This document shows, piece after piece, positions 39,167 through 53,110 of a stretch of 64,000 bases of DNA. How positions within the stretch are numbered: the first letter of the stretch is position 1; every line of letters begins with the position of its first letter. The stretch is taken from the NCBI GenBank assembly GCA_964057225.1, contig OZ059894.1, positions 10,664,001 through 10,728,000 of the forward strand, in the 5' to 3' direction. This DNA is from Auanema rhodensis (Eukaryota > Animalia > Nematoda). The notes beneath the pieces were generated by a model. The model searched no databases, was not told the DNA's origin, and saw only the letters and a program-made list of their open reading frames with translations. A program made the translations under genes and the position numbers.

Positions 39167-39949
39167 ATGAAAGCTCTAATTTTACGACAACAAGAAAAAT
39201 TAATAAGAGCCATTGGCCAACACAATATTCCTGGGCTTCAATGGTTGCTCGAAGGATTTAACTAGTACTTTTTTTGTGATTTTTGTTATTGAGATCTCTC
39301 GTTAATCTAGTTATGATATTCAACGAGTTAAAGAAGTCGGACCCGAGCGTGCAGCCGCAGAATGGATTGTACGTTGCGGTGGAAGTGTGAAGTGAAAATT
39401 ACTTTTTGTTTTTGTATAAACGTGTGTGTAACCAGATTTGACAAAATCGATGACCATTTTTCTGACTATAATACCCTCATCAAGAGAACTGCTGAATTGG
39501 ACCCGCGCCTGCCTCGCGATGATGTCAAGTTAACCTGCATAGACGCTATAGATGCCAGTGTTACTGGTTTCGGATGCCGACACTTCAGTAAGTTTTGTTT
39601 TTCACCCTTGTTATATTGCTTTTTTTTTAGAAAATTTGAACAAACTTGAAGAAGTGAGATTTATTCGTTGTAAGAATTTGCATGATTTTGGTTTGGAAAC
39701 TATGGGGCAATGTGTTGGTACTCATTTACGCCACTTAGAAATTCGTTCTTGCCGACGGATTTCTGAGTTTGGATTGGATCATCTAAAACTCTTTAAGTAA
39801 ATCTAGCTGATAGAAACAGAGAAAAATTTGTTTTCAGAAATCTTAAAGCATTGCATCTTTCTGATTTACCTGGAGTTTACAAAATGGATAGAAGTCTTGA
39901 ACAACTTCGAACTCACCTACCTAAAACTGATATCGAATATTCGAAATAG
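39167..39949 (+). CDS. Mitochondrial ATP synthase subunit s / coupling factor B (ATP5S/DMAC2L)-like LRR protein
   Basis: DIQRVKEVGPERAAAEWIVRCGGSVKF, IDAIDASVTGFGCRHF, LEIRSCRRISEFGL, LSDLPGV. Confidence 0.88.
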
Positions 39950-40575
39950 GCTATAACAATGTTGTACTGCCCAATTTTTGTTTTTGGACTCTAAGGATTT
40001 CGGACAGCTAGTTAGCCATGTCCGTAGAAGTATCGATATATGGGGTAAGGAGATTATTGAAGAGATAAACTTGGTATTAGATCTAATCGGGTTTGCACTA
40101 TTCTTACGATTCTTCTGTACTTATTCGCAATAAAAAATTTTTTTTGACTCTATGTTTATTTTACAAAGTAATTAAACTATGACTGGAAACCAGAACTACA
40201 ATAATTGAATATTTTCTATTCATGAATCATATTATCTTTAATCTGAGACTAAAGACATAATTGGGAAAGGTCTACTATAAAAGAATGGAACTTAGTTTTT
40301 TATGTTAAAGTAATTCATATATAACGAAAAGAAAGAAGTTAATATTATAAAAAATTAAGCCGACTTTGTTTTCAAATAAAAATATTAGAAAAATCAAAAT
40401 GTTTTCATCTTTCCGTTTGCCTTTTCTTAAGTACTTTGTCTGTTTTTTCTTTAATTAGGTCAATTATATTCTACTACTTTTACATATTGATGTGTATAAT
40501 TACGTGTATATGAAACATATAGGATATGGTTTAATTAAATTTTTTCGTGATCTACACTTCAAAGTCATGAACTAC

Positions 40576-43280
40576 TGTATAACCAGTCCCTTTATTGTCA
40601 TTGTTTTTCCATTTAGGATATACAAAATATCAATCCAAGAAAAAGAGGAGATGAGGTTCTATAGAATCAGAAGTAAGACAACTGAGTTGTCTCAGAGCGA
40701 TAACGAGCGACGTCCTTGAACCTGATTCGACTCTAGTCAATCTACACCCTAACCACCCAACACGACCCCATGGGGCCCTACCGCCATGTTCTAACCTGTA
40801 GCATTATCATCGCTTTACAAAGCTTCTAAATCCCGCTTTCTCGTTTGGATTGAAACAGCTGTATCTGGCGCACATTTTCTGGGTTCGTTTGCGGTTTTCT
40901 TTCTACTTCAAGTTTTGCGCCCGATTCATTTTTTTCTTCTGATTATATACTTATCCGTGTAACGGTACAGATAAACGAATAATGCAATTCTCTGCCAACA
41001 GGAACGTCTTCATTCCTTGTTTTATCTCTTTATCACTTTTCATCCTTTTCTTAGTTTTTTTTAAAAATACTTTAACATAGTTTATATGGTTTTTGAAAGT
41101 TCTACCTATTACTACCTCTTTTATAAGATCACTGTCTCTGACTAAAGAGTCAGCATGGTTTGTTCGAATGGAGACCTGCAAGTCTTAGTCCACTAACGGG
41201 CGGACACATTCCTTCGAGGTCATCAGCAACTTGCCAATGGGACCGCCCCGAGACCGGCTACAGAATTTTCATATATTTTACAATTTACCTCTCTTTCAAC
41301 AATACACGCTTTGTTCATTACTTTTTCTCCGATAATCATTCATTTTCATGTTTCATCAGCTTACTGCATAACCAACATTACGTTCGTGTTCCTGTTTCAT
41401 GTTGGCCCATCAATAAGAAGTTAACTTTACTAACATTCTCAAGTGTTATTGGAATGTTATATCGTCCGTTCTTACCGAATATCTTGAATTTTTATTTTCT
41501 CTTTCGTGCTGTTTCTTCACCTCCTACCTCTATTCTCATCCCTTTCTCTTTCCTTACTAGGCATTTCCAAAGGTTTGCCCAATCTGAAAAAGGTAACTAC
41601 AGCCGACTGTGATCGTTCTTTTCCACGTCGTGCCCCACTTTCTGCGTGAAGATTGCTATCACGTCGTGTTTCGGGGTCCCTGGCTGTCTCAGTCCTGCTC
41701 CTCCTCTCTTCCTCCTCCTTCTTTTTCTTCTTCTTTTTTCGTCATCATCGTCTTCTTCTTCATCATCTTCTTCATCACCACCTTCACATCTTCTTGCTGT
41801 TCTTCTCGAACTAATGCTTCTTTGACGTAGTCGTCTTCTCCTATTCGTTTCTCATCAATTTCCTCCTGTGCTTCTGCAACTGTTTATGCTTCTTCTGTTT
41901 TATTTTATTTCTGTTTTTCTTTACTTTTCTTTCCTTTTCACTGTTCCACACCTTTAATAACATTACCAAAGTCATCATCATCATCACTCAACTAAAGTTA
42001 TAAAATCTTTCAAGTTGGTACACGAACTCATCACCTGCTTTGCTATCCGTATTTGATATTTGAACTTCAGTAGACTCTTCTTCGATAATTATAGAATTTT
42101 CGTGAAAGGTTTAGTCTGGGTTCATCATGGAATGTGGGGACATACATGTGTTCAAAGGTAAGGAAAAAGAATTACATTGCAACCGATTCGAGTACCAGAC
42201 TACTCACAGAAGTTAAAAGTATCATCAATGTTTAGCTTTTTTCTTATTCTTGTCAACGTTTCAGAATTATCTACAAAAACGTTTTCTTTTCACTATTCCT
42301 CCCTTGATCTTGCAATTTTTATAATTTTTAACATAAAAGAAGTTTAATCTTTTTTTTTACCTCGTCTTCGTCGATTGTCTTCTTTTATCCTTTTCCTATC
42401 AGCATTCTAAGTGAATTGGTTAAAGAAAAGATCATATACGTTAAAACGAAAAAGGAAGACAAGAAATTGAAATGATAAACGAAGAAGAGTTTTTCCCCCT
42501 TTCTCGCTCTCCCTTTCTCCCTTGCACTCTCTCCTTTTCCTCTCACTCCTTTTCTATCTTTTTCTCTCCATTAATAACTGTATCATTCTTTCTCTCCTTT
42601 CTTCTCTCTCTCTCTCTCTTCTTTCTTCTCTCTCTCTCTCCTTTCTTTTCTCTCTCTATTTCTCGCTCTTTCCTTATTTCTCTTTGTCTCATTTACTCAC
42701 TCACTCACTAATCATTAACTGATTTGTAGACTTGTCTAATATGCTTCATAGTGCGGGTAGTATCGGTGATGTGTTGTGGTAATAACTTCTCACGAACGGA
42801 AATACAATTCAACCCAAAAAGGCTGAAAGAACCTTGATTCCCAACAACACTTAACCATCATTGTATCTTCTTCTTTTTCTTTTCTTAGCATCATCCTCTT
42901 CGGTAGCACACAAACGATACTTTTCACCATCATCTTCGACGTCATCAGAAAGTGTAAAAGGTTAACGGGCCAACACGCAATTACTCATCCTTTTCAACCG
43001 TATGATCTTCAGCGTTGTCAAGGATTCTGACGCCGTCAGCCAGTCTTTTGACCTCCGCCAATTCGTGCAAGGAATAGGCGGGGACTGTCTGTTCTTCTTA
43101 GTTATTCCCCTAGGGCCTTCCATCCAGGCTTCTATTGTGTCAACGAACATATCTCTACCATTCTCGTCTTCTCTATATATGTCCCTCGTCTCTTCCAGAA
43201 GTACAGTTTCCGGAAGGCAAGAGACGTATAACATGTATCTAGTCTACAGAATTTCGGCTTCAAAGCTCGTTTCATATTAA
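40576..43280 (-). mobile_element. Decayed LTR-retrotransposon remnant: one LTR (40576-40746), PPT-like tract and broken coding fragments
   Basis: Minus strand: GGGTGGTTAGGG followed by TGTAG...AATAAA...TATACA. Upstream are intronless fragments full of stops, including CWLCSKLMKHENE* (41336-41377). No RT or integrase recognised. Confidence 0.5.
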
Positions 43281-43914
43281 ATTTAATATAAATTGCTTAA
43301 CCAGCTTCTTTGCCAATATTCGATTTTTCTCTAGTTGATCTTTTCCAAAAACTGCTCTCATTACTGTACTTCGCACTGACCAATCTGCACTCTTTAGAAC
43401 TTATCTTGAACTTATTTTCATTAAGTTCGTAGCAACATTGTCAGTTTTTGCAAAAAAAAAAAACAAATCAAAGAAATCAGGAAAATTTTAAATTTTCTTT
43501 TAGTTTGTGAATAACCTCCTACAAAGGTTTAAAGTTTAAGTTAAAAACTTATTTTCTTTTAAAAGGTTAAAAAAACACGAAGGTTCTACTATATATGGTC
43601 CAAAGAAGTTGAATGGGTGGAACTTATATACAACAATTTGTTCCTTATTATAATGAAGTTTCCGCTAATATTACGAAGACAAAAAGAGAATAAGATGTAA
43701 CTATCCTACTTCCTTTGGCGTTTTTTTTTCTTTCAAAAGCTTGTTTTGTTGTTTTGTTCTCATATTTGCTAAAACATACAGATGATATGTCCATAAAGAA
43801 TGGAATCGAGCAACCTGGACGACCATCATGACTGTGGGTTAAATTAAGAAGCTGAAACACATAAATACACATATAATACAATAAACAACACAATACGAGA
43901 AGATGATACGACGA

Positions 43915-43975
43915 GTTTCTGGGGCGGTTCTGACGTCTTCGGCCAATGCGTGTTGCGATAGTTCACGTCCGGCAT
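43915..43975 (+). promoter_or_regulatory. Putative promoter of the mannose-6-phosphate isomerase gene
   Basis: Local GC island with GGGGCGG, TGACGTC, CCAAT and CACGT, ~450 bp upstream of the ATG. Confidence 0.3.
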
Positions 43976-44391
43976 CAGATTCTTCGTTCCTGTTGCAGTC
44001 GAAGTCGTCTACTACATCAAGTCGCCGTTTCAGTCAATAGGTTCACAGTTTTCTAATCTGAAGCTTTTAGCTGCTAACATTCGTCTTCTCTTCAACATAT
44101 GTTTCATCTTTTAAATTTTTTTCAAAATTGAAAATGCCTAAATTAGTTTTTGTTTCTTCTGTTTATGTGCTATTTCTTAATTTTATTTAATTTTTTTCTG
44201 TTACTCTTTGATGAAAAAGCTTTTTTTTCATAATTTCTTATTGTATTACCTGTTCTGACAGCAAGTATCGATAAACATCATTGACCATCAACTGTTTATC
44301 ATTCTTCATGCTTTCAACTTTTTTCTCTTTCTATCTCTTTCTGTCAATTCGTATAATATTTTTTCCCGATTGTTCTGATAATTACTTTTAG

Positions 44392-46967
44392 ATGGACCAG
44401 GAACCTATAGTTAACTTGGCTTGCCATTGCAATAACTATAAATGGGGTAAGAAAGGCCGTAAAAGTGAGGTAGCTAATCTGTATGCTGCTGGGCATTCCA
44501 ACTTCATGATTGATGATGAGCAATCGTATGCAGAAGTTAGTTGTTTTTTTAAGAAAAAAAAACTATTTTTTCTATTTTTTCTTAATTAACTTTATACTTT
44601 TCCATCTTTTTGTTTCTTTATTTTAGTTGGAAACAATCTTTTCTAAGTATAATAATAGATTTATCTTAACTATAAGATTAGTAATAATTAATTCTTTAAT
44701 TATATATATATTTATTTATTTATTTCTTTAAATATATATATATTAAATTACTATTTCTTTAATTTAAAATCTTTTTTTTTATATTTCTTATCAAATTTTT
44801 ATAAATTTTAGCTGTGGATGGGAACTCATCCGCATGGTCCAGCTATGGTCAGGGGATCAAAGACTTTATTATCAAAGATGATTAGAGAAGAATTTGAATC
44901 AATAAATCGTGCAGAAAGTAATAATAATATGACAAAAGTGATTAATTTAGATTTTTCCTTTTTTTTTATAAATTAAGTTTTAGGATGTTCGTACTCAACA
45001 TCATCTTCCATATATAATGAAAGTTATGTCAATTGATGAGACACTTAGTCTTCAAGTTCATCCAACTAAGGTATGAATTCTTTTCTTAAATTTATATAAA
45101 AATCAAAAAAAAAAGAGCTTCCTTAGTTTCTTTATTGAAGTTTCTATGTTTTGCCCATTTAAAAACTTCAATAAAGTCATGAAATAGTGAATCTTGTTTA
45201 AGAAAATATGTGTTCCTTCTAATCACTTAACCCTTCTTGTTGTGTTATTGAGTTGTAAAGTGGAACTATGTAACCGAATACAGGCTTTTCCTCCATCAAC
45301 ACAGTTTCTCTCCCCCCCCCCCACTATCTCTTTCTTTCCACCGTTTTCATTCACCTGGTAACAAGCCAGTGTAATTCATACAATCAATTTACATCATTTG
45401 TGTGACGTCATCACAAATTTTTCGTTTTCAGGCCCAGGCTGCGATTCTTCATCAACGTGATCCGAAGAACTATCCTGATCGCAACCACAAACCTGAATTA
45501 GCCTATGCTTTAACTCGCTTCGAGTTACTATGTGGATTTCGTCCAGCTGAAGAGTTACTTCAAAACCTCGAAGGTACCATCATGTTGCATCTATGACAAG
45601 TCTCAAGCCTGTATATTTAGCATTTGCTTGCTTCCGAGAGTTGTTCGGCAATTTCTATTGTCAGCATTTGATGAACCAGTTGAAAAAGTCTTCTGATCCA
45701 GATAATTTTGACACTCAAAGAGCTTTAAAGAAATGCTTCAGTCACATGATGGAGGTTCCTGCTCAACGTGTTACTGAGCTAATTGATGAACTATTGAATG
45801 ATATTGATAATGGAGGTTTGCTATCACACAACTTCATTATTCAAAAAATATATTCTCTTAGTTTATGGAGCATTAACTGAGGAAACCAGAGGTGTTATAC
45901 ATAAGATTAATCGAGAATGTGAAGCTGAAAACAGAATTCGTGACGTTGGAGTTTTCTCTCCTCTTTTCTTGAATCACATGATCTTGGAGCCAGGAGAGTG
46001 TTGTTATTATGCTGCCGAAGAATTACATGCTTATATTAGTGGAGGTTAAAATCAAATATTATATGATAATCTTTATAATTAAAATATTTTTCAGAATGTG
46101 TTGAATGTGTTGGCTGTTCGAATAATACAATTCGCGCTGCTATGACTCCAAAATATATAGATAGACCTGCCTTAATCGAGGTTATAATCATATTTGTTAT
46201 CAGATATAAACAAAAACTTTATTATAGGTTCTCAATTATCGTATGACAAAGCCAGAATATTATTTGGTTCCGGCCGAAAGCCTTCCTGACTATCCATGTG
46301 TTGATGAATATGCCCCGGATTGTAAGGATTTCCAACTTCATAGAGTGAGGGTAAGTTTATGTAGCCAGAAAAGATTTTTATACAATCTTTTTGCAACTTT
46401 CAGATCGAACAAGGTCAAACTAATGTACAGATACCTTCTCTTGATTGTGGATCAATAATGGTAATTCATAGTGGATCTGGAGTTATAGAAGAGGTTCCTT
46501 CAGCTAGTAAAGAACTATATGTATGTTAAATTTTATATTTTATATTGAAATATCGGTAATTCAGGATTCTAACGGGAATGGAGACAGCAGTGTTTCTAGG
46601 CACGTTAAACGCGGAGATATTTTCTATATTAGGCCAGGAACGAGGTTAAGGTAACACCTTTTTATCCTTTTTTGCTTCAAATATGTGAATAACTTCAGAT
46701 TCTCCTCTTGCACTGCCAATCTTGAGGGTTTCCGTACATTCAGTTATGAAGAAGGCCCAAATCACGAAAATAGATTAAACGATGGAATATGCACTTTGAA
46801 AAATATTTCAGAAACACTGATACAGCATAACATGGTTAATACGAAATTTCTAATTAGATACTTATTAAATTATTTTCCAGACTTCTAATATTGCTGATCT
46901 AGCTATGAAGAAGGGAAAACTTGATGGAGTATTTGCTGTTGAAACTGAGATGGACGGATGTCTATAA
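44392..46967 (+). CDS. Mannose-6-phosphate isomerase (type I PMI)
   Basis: [76 protein letters not shown]; ends EMDGCL*. Confidence 0.95.
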
Positions 46968-47238
46968 GGACATGAACAGTTTTTTTAATATTTTTAAATA
47001 CTGTCTTATAAATCAAATTAGACATATTTGTTTTCAAAATAAAAAAATTAAGTCTCGTGTTTTATTTTCTTTTTTTTTTATTTTGAAACTCAAAATTCAT
47101 TTTTTCTTTCATTCAACAGTGCCCAAAATCTTTTGTTATCTCCTTTATATGCTTGACCCTTTTCTTTCTCTTTTTACCTATTTAACTTGCCCCCTCCCCT
47201 TCTCTGTATTACGCTCTTTCTTTCCTTTCTTTCTCTTC

Positions 47239-47242
<4 letters not shown>

Positions 47243-47304
<62 letters not shown>

Positions 47305-47316
47305 TCTCTCTCTCTC
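47243..47316. repeat. (CT)n microsatellite just downstream of PMI
   Basis: Directly visible. Confidence 0.95.
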
Positions 47317-49994
47317 TTTTCCCTTCTCTCCTCTACTCATTCTTCTCTTTTCTTGCTTTTTCTTAATCTTCCCTCTTTTTTCATTCTTATCCTCTCTCTC
47401 TCTCTCTCTTTTTCTTATGTGCACCTCGTTTTCTTAACATTTCTCACAATTATATTATTGTTTTTTTTCTGTTTTTTCCTTCAAATAGTACCTGCTTTAT
47501 GTGTTACCCTAATTTGATGATAAATTTTTTAAATTATTTTTTCTTTTCATTTGAGGCAGGAAAAAAATAATTTAAATTGTATACATTTATACTTCATTAT
47601 ACATCTTAATAATTGTTGTGAAATATAAATTAATAAATACAATTTTAAAGTTCTTTGATTCATTAAACTATTTAAATATAAAATAAATACTTACAAACAA
47701 CAACAACAACAACAACAACTTTATTTATAAATATAATATTTCCTATATAGTAATAGATATTGATCTAGATATATGAATAAACATTTGAAAAAGAAGAAAC
47801 ATTTTCTCTTTAAACTGTTTTTATCTTTTAGAATATTTATAAAAAACCAATATTTATGTTAATGTCAAATACTTAATTCTGATATATGTATGTATGTATG
47901 TATGTACATACATCTGAATTAATGTTATTCACATGATATCATCAGATGTTATATGTATATGATGATGAAACATGGTAAAGTAAAGAAGAAAAGTTTCTTT
48001 GAAGACTATGAATAACAGGTTTTTAAAAACTTCAAAGATGATTGTTATTGTAAGCATCTTATGACATATAGAACGTTGTTCTTCACTTTTCAATCAAAAC
48101 TAAATACTTATCGTTAATCAAAACTTCTCAAGTATTCACAAAGATATGAAGTATATAAGTATTCTACTTTTCTAACTTTTGAAGTTTTTCATCTTAAATC
48201 TTCAAATGATTATTCCTTTTATATGCTGTGAAGTATTCATCTATCATTACAAATTGATAAACTTTGAACTCTGATACAAATGAAAGAGAGAGAGAGAGAC
48301 TGAGCTTCTATCGGTGAAGTAGGTTAAACGATAATTGACTTAAACATACTTGTAACTTGCTCCACGTCGCAAACTGTCTCTCTCTTTCTCTTTATCTCTT
48401 TTTTGTTTCCTTTTAGCCATTCAGTTTTTTCTTATAACTTCAAATCTCTTTGTCCACTTTCACTAAATAAATGTAATACTTTGCACAACGTTTCGTTCCC
48501 CTCTTAACATCTTCACATCTTATGCTTAGTCTATTCATATTCTTCTACTTCATACACATACACATACATATATTTATCTTGATTTCTTTGATTTAATCAT
48601 ATTTCATCAACTTGATTAAGATAAAATAATTTATTATTTTGAATATATAAGTTAATACTTTCAAAAGATTTATGTAGATTAAAGTGAAAACTACGGATGC
48701 AACCAAAAACTTTGATTATTTGAATAAGCGCTCACTCAATATCTTATCCTTTGCTCTTCAACATCTTGGTAAATTGTCGTTACATGTATACCAAAAGACA
48801 TATACTTAGCAAATAAATGTTTTCAGATTATTTTTTTAATCTGTGAAGTGGCTTATATACTAATTTCCGGATTAATTATAATATTTTTCATCTAAGAAAT
48901 CTACAGCATTTTTCTCAAATAAACTTTTTTTCCCTATAAACTAAGAATGTTTTTCTGTTTATTAATCTATTTAACATTAAATATTAGAACAAAAAAAAAA
49001 GAAAAAGTATTGTATAATATTCTTTGAATATGTCTATATTAACTAAATATTTAAATTTATAATATTATTGTAAATATTATTTATTATTATACAAAAATTC
49101 TTTTTTATTTTTGAATATTTTAAATATATATGTATATATAGGTAGGTCGATACATAAATATATAAAATTCATTGAATATGAGTGCTTCAATGTGCTTCTA
49201 TCATGCAAGTACCCATGTTTATCCACAGTCAAATATATTACAAAGCTTTTTTTTTTTGAAGAAATAAGTGATGTCACCATTTTCTGATATTTCAAATATT
49301 TCATTTAAAAGAATATTTCTGACATTTTGACATAAATCAACTTTTGACCTCCGATATTCAGTTGTTTCAATCATTCTTATAACAAAATATATTTATATAT
49401 TCAGATGAAAACTCAAAAATCATCATCATTTTACTAAAAGATAATATGAATTGTTATCTTCTTCTTCTTCTTCTTCTTCTTCAACTATGTTGATTCTTAT
49501 AGCTTAAGCAAAGGGTAGTTCAAATCCAAAAAAATTTACTTTCGGTAACCTTTTCATCTCATTTTTAACCTTTCTCTCCTCTTACTATGTTCCCTCATAT
49601 CTTCTTCCATTTCATTCATCTTCTCAATTTCTATGTGTGTTACCAATTGGAGAAACAACTGTCCATCTGCATTCTTGAGGTGGGGGAGGATATTTACACC
49701 TTCAAATTCCTAACGTCATTTGAGTCAGTGTAAGCCCACTTTGGAGAATTCGAGAGATTTTCAGTCATTATAATAAATATTTTTAATAAGTACCAAGGAC
49801 TGGATCTAGAATTTTCATAGAGCTGTATTTCTTTTGTTTTCAAATTATATTCTCTCTATTCCTAAATGAAATTTCCATAATGCTTGTAGTTCAGTAAACG
49901 TAACCTTTCACTAGCATACATCATTCATATTTCACAAATTATTTGAAAAATACTTTTTCTTCATAAATAAAAAAGTTTAATAAGTAGTTGAATA

Positions 49995-50116
<122 letters not shown>

Positions 50117-52683
50117 CTCTTTCATTATTGTATCTTTGCCGATGTGTGACTTTTGACATCTTAGCACAAATTGTCTTGCATGTGCACATTTCTCCTTCTT
50201 CAATAAGATATTGAAAAATCGCAATTTACAAAAAACCTCTGACACAATCTCTGATCTTTTAGTTATAACAATAGCTTGTTTCAACAACAAGCTGGTTCAG
50301 ACCTTTATTATTTTTGTGATAATTACCTACTGGAAATGATGTTTCTACTTTATTTTATTTTGCTCATGACGTTAGTAAAATTTCAATTACTTTGATGGTT
50401 TCACTATTATTATTATTATTGAAATCTAATATTATCACGATCATTATATACATGTCGATCAAGTTGTCAAACTTGATTTAGTGATCAGTTAGATCTCTTA
50501 ACACTTGATCCTCCTCCGATAAAAACCTCATTTTCCACACAATTATACTTTAGATATCTCATTTCTCTCTTCTTCGTGTTCCAAATCAATTATATTTGCA
50601 ATGTTTCCAGTTAAATTTGTTTTTCTTTTTCAAAATTTTGGAATACGACCAATGAATATCTTTGTGTTTCATGTTTTACACTATTTTATTTCAAATTTGT
50701 ATGCTCACCTGCTCTTTTTATCCGAAAAAGCTAAATATTTGAATACATTCAGCACAATAGTTCTGAAACTGATGACACATTACATTTGAATTTCAACATT
50801 CTCTTAAACTTTGTCTGAAGAATGTCGGTTTCGTCATGCCTTGCAGAGCTTCACATGACATCTTTTTAAGTTTTACTTAACGTTCGAATTTAAAATAAAC
50901 TAAATGGAAAGTTTTATAATTTCAAGTAGTTAACTATGAATATTATAAAATACTTTTTGTATATTTAAGACTAATGGAATATTTGAAAAGATTAATAGTT
51001 ATACCTAGCAGGTACTAAGCCGCAAAACATATTCATATATCATCTTCCGCATAAGTTGTAATATGACTACAGAGCAAAAGAAAAGGAAAGAGAGAAAGGT
51101 GGACGGAGAAAGAAAGAGAAAGAGAGAGAGAGAGAAAACTCAACTATGACCTTTCATATGTTTCATACTTTCACTTCCTCAATTATCATTAGAAATATGA
51201 ATATATCATATGATATAGACATCTTTTTCTTTTCTTTTTTTTTCAAATTTTCATAATATGTAAGTAATTAACTAATTTTTACAAAATATTATATAATTTA
51301 CAATAAGATTTGAATAGAAATTTAAAACAAAGACAAAGACAATTTCATATTTAGCTGTTTCGAGTACTTTTTCTCAAAAATATATTTTGTATTTGGATTT
51401 TCAAAAGTAAAAGAATTCTTTTGTTCTTCGTCTTCTCATCTCATATAGTTTCTTTCTGCAAATTTTTGAAAAGTTTTAGTATTCTTGTAAAAGCTGCAAT
51501 GATCCGAATTGATCTATGAAAATCGATGAAGAAAAATGGGAAAAGACTAATTGAACTTTGAATTTTCAAATCAATTTTCACATTTTTGAAATTACAATCT
51601 TCATACAGAGATAGTGCTTTAACTAAATAATTTCTTTATAAGAAAATAGTTAAATATACTGAAGTATTGCTTATTCAATGACAAATCGTATGAATTTTTG
51701 CTTAGAATTTATTGTTTTTCTTTTTTTCTTTCAATGAAATTGGACTGAACAAGTCACATACCTTCACAATCACATCACATTCATTTCGCATCTTATCCAA
51801 CAGGTGGCTATTATCAAATTTTACTTTGAATATTTTTCTTTTTTTTTTTATTTACCTGATTTTTTTTTCTTGTAAAATACGTATTACGTGACAAATTTTA
51901 TAATTTTTCCTTTTCTTTATAATTTTATCAAAAAAATTATTAATAATATTATTATATATATGATATATAACATACATATTATATATTGTATTTATAAAAT
52001 CGATTTTTAATTTTTTGCCTCATTTTAGAAATTTATTTTAAAATTATTTTAATATTAAACTTAATTTATTAATTTTAAATTCTTTTTTAATTTAAAAAAT
52101 AAAGGAAAAAAAGTTTTTTTTTTTGATTTTAATGTGGATGTTATTGAGGTTTCTCATGATTTCATAGCATTTCTATAGTATTCTAGTTAGTTGACAGAAA
52201 TTGAACAAGCGTTCAAAACTGAATTATGTCTTCAACGCTTGTCATTTCAATCAATATTTTCTTTATATTTGAGGAAAAATAAATATATAGAAGTACAAAA
52301 TTAATTTAATTATATTTATTATTTGATTGAATTTTTGTAACGATTTAACGATTTATTTATATTTTAAAGTTTAAAAATCAAAAGCTTTCTGATCGAATAT
52401 CAAGTTCATTAATACCAGATAAGAGATTAATAAAAGTTTAATTCTTTATTTTTAAAAAAAAAGAGTAAATAATCTATTTCAATGAATTAGAGTAGAATTT
52501 AAAAACTTACATATATTTCTTAAGAGATTGTTTCATTTGGAAAGAAATTGACAGGTTTGACATTTCGACTGTCAGCTCCGTCAAATTCTTATATAAAGCT
52601 AAGATTTGAAAATTAGTTGATTTCTTTGAAATTCTGAAGACATTCCTAGTTGTTGCTAGAAACATATTAGAAAAGAATTAAAG

Positions 52684-53020
52684 ATGCGGTATTATTCATA
52701 TTCTCGAACAATGGTTCGATCAAGACAGGTAACTTCAAATTCTTTTCAAATCTTTCCTTTCAAATATTATTTTTGTTATTTTTGTAGAATTTATCTTTTA
52801 AACTTAATAATATTATTTAAATTATATAAATATATGATATAATCAAATCCGATTAATGGATAATGACTATCTATGCTATAAGTTTTGATATGAAAAACTA
52901 CAAAATAGAAGAAAAAGTTTCTTTTTTTTTATTTTATTTCTCAAAAGAATTTTTCATTGAAGTTTTTATTTCACTGTTTGTGTTTATTTGATTTGATGAG
53001 TCATGTTGTCTGAAGTAAAT

Positions 53021-53110
<90 letters not shown>

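Noticed and set aside
41205-41235. CTGATGA hammerhead-like core on the minus strand
   Set aside because: No correctly placed GAAA or stems I/III
13779-41400. CTGTTTCA piRNA (Ruby) motifs
   Set aside because: Few, scattered, and mostly inside coding or TE sequence; no cluster
47872-47922. Hairpin around (TATG)n
   Set aside because: Low-complexity AT-rich fold-back expected by chance
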